Below are positions 36,123 through 46,561 of a stretch of 64,000 nucleotides of DNA, one piece after another. Positions within the stretch are counted from its first letter, which is position 1; each line of letters opens with the position of its first letter. Made by a program: the position numbers and the translations under genes. The stretch lies in contig JAISUO010000034.1 in NCBI GenBank assembly GCA_031272035.1, forward strand, positions 790 through 64,789, written 5' to 3'. Source of the DNA: Synergistaceae bacterium. GTDB lineage: Bacteria; Synergistota; Synergistia; Synergistales; Aminobacteriaceae. The notes under the pieces were generated by a model. It did not search any database and was not told the DNA's origin. It saw nothing but the letters and a program-made list of their open reading frames with translations.

Positions 36123-38294
36123 ATGAAGAATTTGCGTATGACTTCAAAATTGATGTTGGGTTTCGGAATTGTGTTAGTGGTATTTACTGTAGCGGTCGTT
36201 CTGACCTGGATAAACCTGAAGAAACTTACAGACGGAAGTACGTTTCTTCAGGACAGCGTCGTCCCGGCGATGCAGTATATGAGCAGTATCAACAGCGATG
36301 CTTACGAGCTTTTCCTGACTGTCAGAGAAACGCAGTACACGGAAACCGCCGAGTCCATAGCCGATGACGACAAGAAAATCGCGGTTCTGGAGAAAAGTCT
36401 GGCGAACATGGAGGATCTCGGCGCGAAATATCCCACCATGCAGTCCCCGAAAATGGTCAGAGATTCGATTCTGCCCGTTCACAAAAACTATGTGGATATT
36501 GTAGAGAAGGTTCATGCCGCCATTGCGAAAAAAGATAAAGGTCGGGCCGCGCTGGGCAAGGCGGGATCGGATGTCTACGAGAGCCTCAAAAAGGCGCTGG
36601 ACAGTTTTTACAATACTATGAAAAACTCTAACTTGAGCGATGCCAAAGCTCAGGAGCGGGTGGATAATCTCTACCGCGTCAGCAAAATGCTGGCGGACGC
36701 CGTAGAGATGCGGCGGGAACTCGTAGTGGCCGTGGACGTGGCTCATGACGTCAAAGCGATGCGCGAGACGGGAGAAATTGCAAAAAGTATTCAGCAGGCG
36801 GCCCAGACCGTGCTCGACCTGGTGGAGGACCCGGAACGTCAAAATCTCATGAAAAGTATACTGAGTCAGCTCAGCGGCTATTCCGAAGATCTGGAAAATC
36901 TGATAAAGGCCTATGAAGAGCTGAACGGCCTGAACGAGGCCCGTAAACCGGTGATGCTCAGCTATAACACAGAAACCTCGAAAATTGCCGGCTTCGCTCA
37001 GGATACGGTCAAGACCGTCGCCGGAACCAGCCTTACCGAGCTGAACACCACCACCATCGTCCTGTTGGCCTCCGCCGCGCTGGCCATCGTATTGGGGCTT
37101 TTGATCGCCTTCTTCATCTCCCGGTCTATTTCCAAGCCCCTCAATACCATCGTGGACCTGGCGAAACGCTGCCAGGAGGGCGATATGACCATTCAAAGGG
37201 CGGACTTCGGTTATGAGGGCAAAGATGAGCTGGGGAACCTGGTGGGAGCCATGTCCGAGATGATCATCACTCAGGAGGCCGCGATGCAGAACGTCGTGTC
37301 CGTCGCGGACGCCGTGGGGAACGGCGCGAACAGCCTTTCCGCCATAGCCGAGGAAACGAACGCCTCCATGGAAGAGGTGAAGGCCTCCCTCGACCAGGTC
37401 GCGTCCCTGAGCCAGAGCAACGGAGCGGCCCTTGAGGAAAGCAACGCGGGAGTGGAGGAAATGAGCGCGGGCGCGGATACCGTGGCGCAGTCCTCCACGG
37501 AGAGCGCCTCGTTTATCGCCCAGACGACGGAGGCCTCCGGCAAGGCCATTGAGACGGTAAACGCCGTGATCGAGGGAATGAAGAACGCGGACAAAAACTC
37601 CAGAGAAAGCGAAGCTAAAATACGGGAGCTTGTGTCCTCCGTGGAAAACGTCAGCAGCTTTGTTTCGGTCATTACAGGCATTGCCGATCAGACGAACCTT
37701 TTGGCTCTGAACGCGGCCATTGAGGCGGCCCGCGCCGGAGAGGTGGGACGCGGATTCGCCGTGGTGGCGGAGGAAGTGCGGAAGCTGGCTGAGGAGTCCG
37801 CCCGGGCGGCCCAGAACGTCAACGGCATCATCGTAGAGCTTCAGAAACAGGCTCAGGAAAGCATTTCCGCCACCACCGAGGCCGGAAAGGCTCTGAGCGA
37901 AACCCTGACCCAGGCGTCAGAGGCGCAGAAGCAGCTGGACGATGCCCTGAAGCAGATCAACAAGGCCAACGATTCGATCCAGAACATCGCCGCGGTGGCG
38001 CAGGAGCAGGCCGCTTCCAGCAAAGAGGTTGCCACGGCCATCGACAACGCCACCAAATCCACAGTGGAAATGGCGGACACGGTCTCCAATATTCAGCACG
38101 CCACGGAGGAGACGGCAAAAGCCGCCCAGGGCGTGGCTGAACAGGCCGAGTCCATGAGCGAAAACGCCCAGTCCCTGACGGAAGCGCTGTCCCATTTCAA
38201 ACTGCGGACAAGCAAAGCCAAAACCGACGCGGTGAACAGTGCGAACAGCAATACGAAAAACGCGAAGAAAGCACCGCTGAAACTGAAAGCCTGA
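36123..38294 (+). CDS. Methyl-accepting chemotaxis protein
   Basis: N-terminal TM, periplasmic helical sensor, second TM, HAMP domain and the conserved signalling hairpin ([37 protein letters not shown]). Confidence 0.9.
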   Translation: MKNLRMTSKLMLGFGIVLVVFTVAVVLTWINLKKLTDGSTFLQDSVVPAMQYMSSINSDAYELFLTVRETQYTETAESIADDDKKIAVLEKSLANMEDLGAKYPTMQSPKMVRDSILPVHKNYVDIVEKVHAAIAKKDKGRAALGKAGSDVYESLKKALDSFYNTMKNSNLSDAKAQERVDNLYRVSKMLADAVEMRRELVVAVDVAHDVKAMRETGEIAKSIQQAAQTVLDLVEDPERQNLMKSILSQLSGYSEDLENLIKAYEELNGLNEARKPVMLSYNTETSKIAGFAQDTVKTVAGTSLTELNTTTIVLLASAALAIVLGLLIAFFISRSISKPLNTIVDLAKRCQEGDMTIQRADFGYEGKDELGNLVGAMSEMIITQEAAMQNVVSVADAVGNGANSLSAIAEETNASMEEVKASLDQVASLSQSNGAALEESNAGVEEMSAGADTVAQSSTESASFIAQTTEASGKAIETVNAVIEGMKNADKNSRESEAKIRELVSSVENVSSFVSVITGIADQTNLLALNAAIEAARAGEVGRGFAVVAEEVRKLAEESARAAQNVNGIIVELQKQAQESISATTEAGKALSETLTQASEAQKQLDDALKQINKANDSIQNIAAVAQEQAASSKEVATAIDNATKSTVEMADTVSNIQHATEETAKAAQGVAEQAESMSENAQSLTEALSHFKLRTSKAKTDAVNSANSNTKNAKKAPLKLKA

Positions 38295-38328
38295 AAACTG
38301 CAGACCAGAAATTAAAAGAAGCGAAAAA

Positions 38329-38374
38329 CCTGGGGGGAACGGTGGCTTTTGTCCGTCGTTCCCCCTGGATTTTT
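38329..38374 (+). terminator. Rho-independent terminator of the MCP gene
   Basis: GGGGGAACG...CGTTCCCCC stem followed by GGATTTTT. Confidence 0.7.
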
Positions 38375-38503
38375 GGAAGTCCTTCTCCGCGCGGCGCCTT
38401 TGCAGCATGATGCAGAAATCTTTCATCCAGAAGGTCGGATGGGCGAATCAAATCTCCCCGAAGTTTATTTTTTAATAAATATAAAAATTTTTCCTTTCAC
38501 TTA

Positions 38504-38531
38504 TTGACAACTTTTGCATTTGGGGTAAGAT
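38504..38531 (+). promoter_or_regulatory. Sigma70-like promoter of the TRAP/AcnX operon
   Basis: TTGACA (38504-38509), 16 nt, TAAGAT (38526-38531). This leaves a leader of about 200 nt before the first RBS. Confidence 0.4.
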
Positions 38532-38736
38532 GACCTTACCTCATTTCATGTTCGTGCTTTTGAGCAGTAAAGTTTGGATAGTGCTGAAAAGTGTCGCCAA
38601 TGTCCACAATTTAGAAACCAATTATGCCAGGTCAGGGTACCGTTTGTGTCGATGTTCATGGAATCTCCACCATTGTAAGTTGTGGACGGTGATTTTCATA
38701 AATATAAAAATATGCCTGCCAAAAGGAGGTGAAAAA

Positions 38737-39051
38737 GTGCCGCACATTACGGTGAGGGGTGTCTCAAAGGAAAAATTGAAGGAGTACGCCGAAGATGTGA
38801 AGAATATTGTTGTTTCCGCTTCGGAGGTCAAAAGAGAGTACGTAAAGATTTTTTACTCGCCTGTGGAGCGCGTGGACGCAGCCGCGGAAACGGCGGTGGA
38901 TGTTTACTGGATGCCGCGGACGCAGGAGCTGCGCGACAGAGTGGCCGCACAACTGACCGAATATTTTCAAAAAAAAGGTTCTCCGTTTGTACAGGTGACC
39001 TTCACTGAATTTCAGGGAAATCTGTTTTACGAAAATGGAGTCCATTATTGA
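38737..39051 (+). CDS. Small cytoplasmic protein, tautomerase-superfamily/DUF1904-like
   Basis: A GTG start 6 nt after AAAGGAGGTG gives VPHITVRGVSKEKL... (104 aa). The upstream part of track ORF 38530.. has no RBS and an implausible composition. Confidence 0.5.
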   Translation: MPHITVRGVSKEKLKEYAEDVKNIVVSASEVKREYVKIFYSPVERVDAAAETAVDVYWMPRTQELRDRVAAQLTEYFQKKGSPFVQVTFTEFQGNLFYENGVHY

Positions 39052-39081
39052 GCGGTAAAAATTCAGAAGGGATGGTGCAAT

Positions 39082-40095
39082 ATGAAACGATCTCTGGGAT
39101 TTCTGGTTTTTATTTGTGCGATGGCTGTGTTCCTGACGCCCGTGACGGCGTTGGGCGCGGATAATTTTACGCCGGTTGTGTTGAAGTTCGCCAATCAGCA
39201 TCCCACGGATTCCATGGCCTCCATCGCGGATCGGGAGATCTGTGAGGAAGTGAAAAAAGCGACGGAGGGGCGGGTGTCTCTGGAGCTGTACACGGACAGC
39301 TCTTTGGGGGATTACACCAGCGTTTTCGAAGAAGTGATGATCGGGACAATCGCTATGGCCCATATCACGGCGGTGGAAACCTACGACCCCAGGATGTCGG
39401 GGTCGATGCTGCCCTACCTGGGCTCCAGCTACGCGGAACTGGCCAAAGCCTACAGGCCGGACAATTATTTGTTTAAAACCGTCTCGGAGAGCGCTCAGAA
39501 GCTGGGGCTTCGAACCTTCGGATTTTTCTGCGAGGGCTTCAGCGGCGTGGGTGTGTCCAAAGCGCTGACCGACGCCAACGTTCCGGTCAAAGAAAAAGGC
39601 GTGATTATCAGGGTTCCGGGGCTGGACAATTTTGCCCTTCCGGCGAAGGATCTGGGCTTCAGAACCGCGACCATCGCCTATTCCGACACCTACACCGCGA
39701 TTCAGACCGGCACGGTGGGCGGCTGGTGCGGAGGACCTCCCAACCTGAACTATCTCTACTTCCGGGACGTCATCAAATATTATTATCACTATCAGATGAC
39801 TCAGGAAGCGACGCAGATTCTGATAAATGAGAAAATTTTCCAGTCGCTCCTTCCGAAAGATCAGGAAGCGATAACGAAAATCATTCAGCAGAAATGCGCG
39901 GACAGCATCAAACTGGCGGAGGAAGACGACGCGAAATACATGGACATGATGAAGAAACAGGGCATCACCGTCGTGGAGTTCAGCGACGCGGAGAGGGCCA
40001 TTTTCGCGGAAAGCTGCCGTAAAAACGTGTGGCCGAGCCTCGCCAAAAACACGTCGCAGGAGTTTATCGACAGTATTTTGGCCAGCATAAAATAA
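39082..40095 (+). CDS. TRAP transporter substrate-binding protein (DctP family)
   Basis: Signal peptide, 337 aa, DctP-like blocks (LKFANQHP, ...FRDVIKYYY). Confidence 0.85.
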   Translation: MKRSLGFLVFICAMAVFLTPVTALGADNFTPVVLKFANQHPTDSMASIADREICEEVKKATEGRVSLELYTDSSLGDYTSVFEEVMIGTIAMAHITAVETYDPRMSGSMLPYLGSSYAELAKAYRPDNYLFKTVSESAQKLGLRTFGFFCEGFSGVGVSKALTDANVPVKEKGVIIRVPGLDNFALPAKDLGFRTATIAYSDTYTAIQTGTVGGWCGGPPNLNYLYFRDVIKYYYHYQMTQEATQILINEKIFQSLLPKDQEAITKIIQQKCADSIKLAEEDDAKYMDMMKKQGITVVEFSDAERAIFAESCRKNVWPSLAKNTSQEFIDSILASIK

Positions 40096-40171
40096 AAAAT
40101 TTCTTTCGAACAGCGCCGGTTCAGCCCGCCTGTGTCCGGGTGGGCTGAACTGAAATCGGGCCGGGAGAGGA

Positions 40172-40699
40172 ATGAGAATAATTAAAACGATTCTTCGGGT
40201 ACTGGATGATAAATTTGAAACCGTGGCGCATTTTATTGTAATTGTTTCGGGCGTCGCGGTTTGCGCCCTGATTTTTATCGGCGCAATGATGCGGTATATC
40301 ATAAAAGTCGATTTTTATGGCTCGGAAGAAATCATTCTCTTTATCGCGTTTTGGCTCTATTTCATGGGAAGCGCCCTGGCCGCGAAAAAGGGCACTCATA
40401 TCAACGCGAACATGCTGAGTCTTTTTATACGTAACAAAAAAACACTGAATAAGCTGGATTTAATCAAATCCGGGCTGTGTCTGATCATGGCCCTGATGGC
40501 CACGCTGTGGAGCTTCAATTATGTGGCCTGGTCCTGGAAAATGGGGGCGAAGTCCAACGTTTTCAAGCTGCCGAACGTCATTGCGCAAATTCCGATTTTC
40601 ATTTCCTTCGTGCTCTGGGATCTTTACCTGATACGGGATGTGGTGCGGGGTTTCGCGAAAATCCGCACCGCGGAAGGAGAGGGTGAATCATGCTCGTAA
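40172..40699 (+). CDS. TRAP transporter small permease (DctQ family)
   Basis: 175 aa with 4 TM segments, positioned between the DctP and DctM genes. Confidence 0.85.
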   Translation: MRIIKTILRVLDDKFETVAHFIVIVSGVAVCALIFIGAMMRYIIKVDFYGSEEIILFIAFWLYFMGSALAAKKGTHINANMLSLFIRNKKTLNKLDLIKSGLCLIMALMATLWSFNYVAWSWKMGAKSNVFKLPNVIAQIPIFISFVLWDLYLIRDVVRGFAKIRTAEGEGESCS

Positions 40700-42000
40700 T
40701 CACGGCCCTCATTGTGCTGCTGGTCACGATGATTATCGGCCTGCCGATCCCGCTGGCGTTTCTGGCCTCGGCGGGGAGCATCTGTCTCTTTGGAAACTAC
40801 AACCCCTCTTTGCTGATGGTTTTTGGTTACAACAAGATCAACTCCATTCTGCTGCTGACCATCCCCCTGTTTGTCCTGGCCGGTTCGATTATGGACAAGG
40901 GCGGCATCGGAGAAAAGCTGATCGGAACCGTAGCGAAGGGCGTAGGCAAAATTCGGGGCGGGCTGGGGATCGTCACGGTTGTATCCTGCGCGGTTTTTGG
41001 AGCGGTTTCCGGAAGCTCTTCCGCGACCCTTTCCTGCATCGGCTCCATTATGACGCCGAGGCTGAAGGAAAACGGCTATCCGGACGGTTTGATCGGCGCG
41101 CTGATCGCCAGTTCCGGTGTTTTGGGCATCCTGATTCCCCCTTCCATGCTGATGATTCTTTACGCCTGGGCAACCGGAGAGTCAGTGCTGGCCTGCTTTT
41201 TGGCCACGATCCTGCCTGGCCTCATGCTGATCGTTCTTTTTTCCGCCGTCAACTGTTTTTACGCGATTAAAAATCCCAATATCAGGGTTTACGACAGCGT
41301 TCTGCAGCAGGCGGACCTGAGAGAGAAAAAGAGAGGAAAGCAGGAAAAGGAATTCAGCGCCATTCCGGCTCTGTTGATGCCCGTCATCATTCTGGGGTCG
41401 ATTTACGGCGGCATTCTCACCGCTACGGAAGCCGCGGCGTTTTCCGTGATTTACGCCCTGCCCGTGGGAATGTTCTACTACAAAAAAATCGACAGAAAAG
41501 CCTTTAATGAAGGCCTTATTCAGGCGGGAGAAACGGCGGGCGTCATTATGACGATGCTGTTTTCGGTCATGATTTTGAGCCGGCTTTACGTGAGCGAAAA
41601 TCTTCCCAAAATGATCCTCACTTTTCTGACCTCCATTTCGGAGAACCGAACAATTATTCTCGTCATGATCAATATTTTCATGATTATCCTGGGAATGCTC
41701 ATGGACGACTGCTCGGCGACAATTCTGGCCGCTCCCATTCTTCTGCCCGTCATGACGGCTTTGGGGGTCAGCCCCATTCATTTCGCGGCGATTTTGGGCG
41801 TGAACATCGGCATGGGCAACGTTACTCCGCCCACGGCGCCGCTGCTGTACCTGGGAGGACGCATTTCCGGAGCGGAGGTTCGGGACATGCTGGGTCCCAA
41901 TCTGGCCCTGATTATCTTCGCGTGGCTGCCGACGCTTGTGGTGACCACGTACATTCCCGCCTTCGGGCTGTTTTTGCCGAGGCTTTTCGGTTACGCCTGA
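40690..42000 (+). CDS. TRAP transporter large permease (DctM family)
   Basis: 436 aa with about 12 TM segments. Overlaps dctQ by 10 nt. Confidence 0.9.
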   Translation: MLVITALIVLLVTMIIGLPIPLAFLASAGSICLFGNYNPSLLMVFGYNKINSILLLTIPLFVLAGSIMDKGGIGEKLIGTVAKGVGKIRGGLGIVTVVSCAVFGAVSGSSSATLSCIGSIMTPRLKENGYPDGLIGALIASSGVLGILIPPSMLMILYAWATGESVLACFLATILPGLMLIVLFSAVNCFYAIKNPNIRVYDSVLQQADLREKKRGKQEKEFSAIPALLMPVIILGSIYGGILTATEAAAFSVIYALPVGMFYYKKIDRKAFNEGLIQAGETAGVIMTMLFSVMILSRLYVSENLPKMILTFLTSISENRTIILVMINIFMIILGMLMDDCSATILAAPILLPVMTALGVSPIHFAAILGVNIGMGNVTPPTAPLLYLGGRISGAEVRDMLGPNLALIIFAWLPTLVVTTYIPAFGLFLPRLFGYA

Positions 42001-42047
42001 TCAGGGTCGATTCGCGTAAAGAAGGAAATGAAGGAAGGAAATTGAGG

Positions 42048-43328
42048 ATGCTCAAACTGACGGATTACGAGAAAGACATGCTGAACGGGAAAATGGGGCC
42101 CTTTAAACAGAGAGCCCTGCAAAAAATCGTGGAGTACGCCAACGTGTTGGGGGCGGAAGAGCTTTGCGAAGTGACCAAGGCAACGGTTTATTTCGGCGCG
42201 CATCCCTATTTGGAGGCCGTGGAATCAGAGGATTACGACGAAATTTTTTCGAAAATGATCCTGTGCAGCGATCGGAAATATCGGCTGGAGCCCTTTGCGG
42301 AGGAGTGCTTTTCCCAGACCTGCGTAGGTCCCTGCGACCACTATTGTTACGAACCCCTCAATCTGTCCCGGGAGGTTTTCGAAAAAAATCTGCGATATCT
42401 GGAGCTCACGAAGGAGGCGGGGGTGAGCATTGCGGGAAGCTGCACGCCTTACCTCAGCGGATGGATTCCCATTCGGGGAGAGCACTTCGTTTCGACGGAA
42501 TCCAGCAACATTCTCATGAGCAACTCCGTGCTGGGCGCTTACGGCAACGCGGACGGGCTGGAGGCGGCCGCCTGGTCCGCCATCTGCGGCAGAACTCCGA
42601 AATGGGGAAATCATATTGCCGAAAATCGTTACGCTACCCACATTTTTGAAATTCAATGCAAAAGCGAATCGATTTTGGACTGGGACATCATCGGCCTGAC
42701 GCTGGGGCGTTTGCTGCCGGGCAACGGAAGGCCCGTTTTGACCGGAAATTTCAAACGTCCCAACCTGAATAAGCTGAAACGCTGCTTCGCCTCTCTGGCG
42801 ACCACCAGCGGAGCCGAGATCTGTCATATCGTGGGATGTACCGTTGAGGCGCCCACCCTGGAGGCGGCGCTGGCCGGTCACGAGCCTCTTGGAAAATTTG
42901 TCATCACGCAGCGGGACTGCGACGAGTCGCTGGCTCTGGTGTGCGATCCAGGCGGAGGTTCCCTTGAAATGGTGGTATTGGGCTGCCCCCATTATTCGCT
43001 GGAGGAAATCCGGTACGCCGCGAAATGTCTTGAGGGCAGACATGTCCATGAGGGGGTCAGTCTCCAGATTTGGACGGATATGGCCATTCAGCAGCTCGCG
43101 AAGGTCAACGGTTACGCCGACATCATCGAAAGAGCGGGCGGACATCTGCTGAACAGCGCCTGTCCCATGGTTTGCGGCAGAACGGTGTTCGACAGGGTGA
43201 AGACGGGTTTCGCGACGGACGGCGCCAAGCAGGCCCACTACCTGCACACGGATTTGAATGTGAAGATTTTCTACGGCGACGCCCAAAAATGCATCGAAGC
43301 GGCGGTCAGAGGCGCGTGGGAGGCCTGA
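42048..43328 (+). CDS. Aconitase X catalytic subunit (DUF521)
   Basis: MLKLTDYEKDMLNGKMGPFKQRALQKIVEYANVLGAEEL is the characteristic AcnX large-subunit N-terminus. 426 aa from the internal ATG with an AAGGAAGGA RBS. Confidence 0.8.
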   Translation: MLKLTDYEKDMLNGKMGPFKQRALQKIVEYANVLGAEELCEVTKATVYFGAHPYLEAVESEDYDEIFSKMILCSDRKYRLEPFAEECFSQTCVGPCDHYCYEPLNLSREVFEKNLRYLELTKEAGVSIAGSCTPYLSGWIPIRGEHFVSTESSNILMSNSVLGAYGNADGLEAAAWSAICGRTPKWGNHIAENRYATHIFEIQCKSESILDWDIIGLTLGRLLPGNGRPVLTGNFKRPNLNKLKRCFASLATTSGAEICHIVGCTVEAPTLEAALAGHEPLGKFVITQRDCDESLALVCDPGGGSLEMVVLGCPHYSLEEIRYAAKCLEGRHVHEGVSLQIWTDMAIQQLAKVNGYADIIERAGGHLLNSACPMVCGRTVFDRVKTGFATDGAKQAHYLHTDLNVKIFYGDAQKCIEAAVRGAWEA

Positions 43329-43330
43329 CG

Positions 43331-43750
43331 ATGGGAAAAATTTTGATCAGGGGAAGACCGGCTTTTCCGGGAAAAGCTGCCGGCGAGGCGATTGTGTGTC
43401 CCGACAGCATTCAGGGCTGGTCGGGGGTCAGCGACAAAACGGGAATTATTATCGAAGAAGCGAATCCCGAAAAAGGAAAATGCATTGCGGGGAAAATATT
43501 GGTTCTTCCCTACGGCAAGGGGTCCACAGGGTGGTCGGGGCATTTTCACTCCGCCTCCGTGGCGGGTTTTACGCCGGCGGGATGGCTGTTTTCCAGAATC
43601 GACTCGCGTTCGGGAGTGGCGACGGCGGTGCTGTCGATTCCAACGGTTGCGGACTTTCCTGACGACGTGGATTTGTTTGAAATCATCGAATCCGGAGACT
43701 TCGTCGAAATCGACGGCGACACCGGAGAGGTTATCGTTACGAAAAAATAA
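43331..43750 (+). CDS. Aconitase X swivel-domain subunit (DUF126)
   Basis: 139 aa. GKAAGEAIV...GKILVLPYGKGSTGWS fits the DUF126 pattern. It starts 2 nt after the large-subunit stop. Confidence 0.75.
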   Translation: MGKILIRGRPAFPGKAAGEAIVCPDSIQGWSGVSDKTGIIIEEANPEKGKCIAGKILVLPYGKGSTGWSGHFHSASVAGFTPAGWLFSRIDSRSGVATAVLSIPTVADFPDDVDLFEIIESGDFVEIDGDTGEVIVTKK

Positions 43751-43766
43751 GGAGGACAGGTGAGGA

Positions 43767-44147
43767 ATGGAACGCGAAATCATCGAAACCCGTAAGGCTC
43801 CGAAACCGGTGGGTCCCTATTCTCATGTGGTTAAATACGGAAATTTGATTTTCGTTTCCGGACAAATTTCCGCGGATCTCGAGACGGGGGAAATCATTGT
43901 TCAGGATGTGGCCGGGCAAACGCGAACCGCCCTGGAGACGATCAAAAATATTTTGGAGGAAATCGGGAGCGGCATGGATAAGGTTCTGAAATGCACGATT
44001 CACCTTTCCGACGAAAAGTATTTTGACGAAATGAATCGGGTTTACAGCTCATTTTTTGAAAAGGGCTATCCCGCGAGAATCACGGTTTTCGGCGCGAAAC
44101 TGTACGCGGGCATCGATATTGAAATCGACGCCATTGCGGGCGTTTGA
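43767..44147 (+). CDS. ridA: RidA/YjgF-family reactive enamine/imine deaminase
   Basis: 126 aa. APKPVGPYSHVVKYGNLIFVSGQI and the C-terminal ARITVFGAKL...IEIDAIA are typical of the family. Confidence 0.9.
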   Translation: MEREIIETRKAPKPVGPYSHVVKYGNLIFVSGQISADLETGEIIVQDVAGQTRTALETIKNILEEIGSGMDKVLKCTIHLSDEKYFDEMNRVYSSFFEKGYPARITVFGAKLYAGIDIEIDAIAGV

Positions 44148-44162
44148 GCGGAGAGAGTTTCG

Positions 44163-45782
44163 GTGGAATATTTCAGCATTTTTAACGATGTTCTGGGCCC
44201 CGTTATGACGGGGCCTTCCAGTTCTCATACCGCCGGGTGTGCCAGAATCGGCGCGATGACGCGGATTCTGCATGGTCGGGAGATTCGGCGGGCGGAGGTC
44301 ATTTTCGATCAAAACGGCTCTTATCCCGGCACCTGCAGAGGACAGGGATCGGACCGCGGTTTTACGGGAGGACTGCTGGGATTTTCTCCGGATGACCTCC
44401 GTTTGAAAAATGCCCTGGAGATCGCGGAAAAATCCGGAGTCAGGGTGGAGTTCAAACAGGCGGACCTGGGCGCTCATCACCCTAATGAAGCCCGGATCAA
44501 CGTTTATGACGGCGAAAGCGACAGAGTGGAAATGAGCGTTCTGACCCGTTCCGTCGGCGGTGGAATGATCGAAATCGTGGAAATGGATGGCTTTCCGGTC
44601 AGCATTAAAGGCGAAACAGGAACAATCTATATTGCCGCCCGCGGAGAAGAGGCCTTCGATCAGATTCGGAAAAAACTGGACGGAAAAACGCGATACGTGG
44701 AAAAACAAAATGGAGAGCGAATTCTTTTTGAAATTCGTTCCTCTTCATTTAATGAAGAAAATGATGAAAAAGAGCTCAAAGAAAAAGAGCTTCGCGATTT
44801 CAGAGAACTGCCGGGGATAGATTTCGTTCGGGTGGCGGAGGTCATTTTGCCGGCGCCCAAAAGAGAGAGACCTGCCCCTCCTTTCGAGAACGCCGCGGGG
44901 GCTCTGGAACGTCTGAAACAATCAGGCGAAAAGAAAGAAATGTGGGAACTGGCCGTTGCCTATGAAAAAGGGGTTACGTTTCTGTCGGCGGACGAGATTT
45001 TTGGGAAAATTCGAGAGATTCTTCAGGTCATGCGAGAGTCCGGAAAGCCGGTGGACCCCGCTCGAACGGTCTCACAAGGATTTTTGGGGTATCAGGCTTC
45101 CGGAATGCTGGAGAAAGCCGCGAAAATCCGGACAGTGAACATGGGCTTTCTGGAGGACTGCATGATTTGGGCCGTCTCCGTAATGGAAAACAACTGCGCC
45201 CGAAATAAAATCGTTGCCGCGCCCACCGCGGGGTCCTGCGGCGTCATTCCGGCGTCTGTGGTGGCGATTGGCGACAAAATGGGCTGTTCCGACGAGGCGA
45301 TCGAAAAAGCCCTGCTGGCCGCGGGGCTGGTGGGAGTTTTTATTGCGAATTCGGCGACGTTCGGCGCGGAGGTGGCGGGGTGTCAGGCGGAAAATGGCGC
45401 CGCCGGCGCGATGGCGGCGGCAGGCGTCGTGCAGCTGCTGGGCGGGTCGGTGGAAAACGGATTTCAGGCGGCTTCCCTGGCTTTGCAGAATTTGCTGGGA
45501 CTGATTTGCGACCCTGTGGGCGGTCTCGCCGAAGTTCCCTGCGTCGGTCGAAATGTTGCCGCGGCGTTCAACGCCGTCGTCTCTGCGAACATGGTGATGT
45601 GCGGGTATAATCCAATCATTCCGCTGGATGAAACGATCGATGCCATGTTCAAAGTGGGGAAAATGCTCCCGGAAGCCCTGAGGTGCACCTGCAGGGGAGG
45701 GCTGTGCGACACCCCCACCGCGAAAATGATCACGGAGCGGCTTGCGAGGGAAAATGCCGCTGCGGAGGTCAGGCGTCATTGA
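44163..45782 (+). CDS. Iron-sulfur L-serine-dehydratase-family enzyme, fused beta-alpha chain
   Basis: N-terminal SIFNDVLGPVMTGPSSSHTAG (beta chain), acidic linker, then alpha-chain blocks APTAGSCGVIPA and AENGAAGAM. GTG start. Confidence 0.85.
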   Translation: MEYFSIFNDVLGPVMTGPSSSHTAGCARIGAMTRILHGREIRRAEVIFDQNGSYPGTCRGQGSDRGFTGGLLGFSPDDLRLKNALEIAEKSGVRVEFKQADLGAHHPNEARINVYDGESDRVEMSVLTRSVGGGMIEIVEMDGFPVSIKGETGTIYIAARGEEAFDQIRKKLDGKTRYVEKQNGERILFEIRSSSFNEENDEKELKEKELRDFRELPGIDFVRVAEVILPAPKRERPAPPFENAAGALERLKQSGEKKEMWELAVAYEKGVTFLSADEIFGKIREILQVMRESGKPVDPARTVSQGFLGYQASGMLEKAAKIRTVNMGFLEDCMIWAVSVMENNCARNKIVAAPTAGSCGVIPASVVAIGDKMGCSDEAIEKALLAAGLVGVFIANSATFGAEVAGCQAENGAAGAMAAAGVVQLLGGSVENGFQAASLALQNLLGLICDPVGGLAEVPCVGRNVAAAFNAVVSANMVMCGYNPIIPLDETIDAMFKVGKMLPEALRCTCRGGLCDTPTAKMITERLARENAAAEVRRH

Positions 45783-45870
45783 CGGATTCGGATTTCGGCC
45801 CATATGAAGAAATCCTCGCAGGAAGTGTATAATAATCCAATACTTGGGTAACTGATTTTGGAGGCGGCCT

Positions 45871-46458
45871 GTGAGCGAATTTGTAGGTTCTCATATCAAA
45901 AGACTGAGAAAAACGCATAAAATGACGCTTCAGCAGGTAGCGGAATTTACAGACCTCTCTGTGGGCTACCTCAGTTTGATCGAGCGGGGACGTACGAGCC
46001 CCACCGTGGCGAACCTGCATAAAATTTGTCAGGCGCTGAACATCACGATGGCGGATCTGTTTGTCAATATGGAAAACGACAACAAGTGCGTCAGAAAAGA
46101 AAATCGACGTCTTCTTTTCGACGATCCCGGCAGGGTGAAATATGAAGCCCTCACCGAGGGGTCACGGTCGATCGTGAGCATGTGTATGCACGTTCTGGAC
46201 GAACAGGTCCATGAAGCTGTAACCCACGTGGCCGACGAGTGTGGATTTATCATTCAGGGAAGCATGATTCTGACCATTGAAGGGATAGAATATTCGGTGG
46301 GGGAGGGGGATTCCATTTATATTCCTGCGGGAAGCGCCCACTCCTTCTGCAGAACCAGCGACTGTCCCTGCATCAGCATCTGGACCGCTCCCGCCGCCAA
46401 TTATCCTTTCGTCTCTCCCTCCGTTTTCGCCGCGGTCCGGTCTTCGGATTCGGCCTGA
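45871..46458 (+). CDS. XRE-family HTH regulator with a C-terminal cupin domain
   Basis: IKRLRKTHKMTLQQVAEFTDLSVGYLSLIERG (HTH_3), plus cupin-like GEGDSIYIPAGSAHSF. Confidence 0.85.
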   Translation: MSEFVGSHIKRLRKTHKMTLQQVAEFTDLSVGYLSLIERGRTSPTVANLHKICQALNITMADLFVNMENDNKCVRKENRRLLFDDPGRVKYEALTEGSRSIVSMCMHVLDEQVHEAVTHVADECGFIIQGSMILTIEGIEYSVGEGDSIYIPAGSAHSFCRTSDCPCISIWTAPAANYPFVSPSVFAAVRSSDSA

Positions 46459-46561
46459 AAATAAATAAGTCAACGCCCGATCGCGCGCGAGAAAACCGAC
46501 GCAACCGGGCGCTGGGCATTAAAAATTGAAGATTAATTGAAGATTAGAGATTGAAACTTGT

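Noticed and set aside
38764-40302. 512-aa antisense ORF opposite the DctP gene
   Set aside because: A shadow ORF. The DctP frame has a signal peptide, an RBS and family motifs.
41922-42047. N-terminal extensions proposed by the ORF track (also 54703-54801, 30809-30973, 33847-33957, 4474-4590, 51059-51154)
   Set aside because: The extensions overlap upstream genes or lack an RBS. Internal starts have good SD sequences and give N-termini typical of the families (signal peptides, conserved first motifs).
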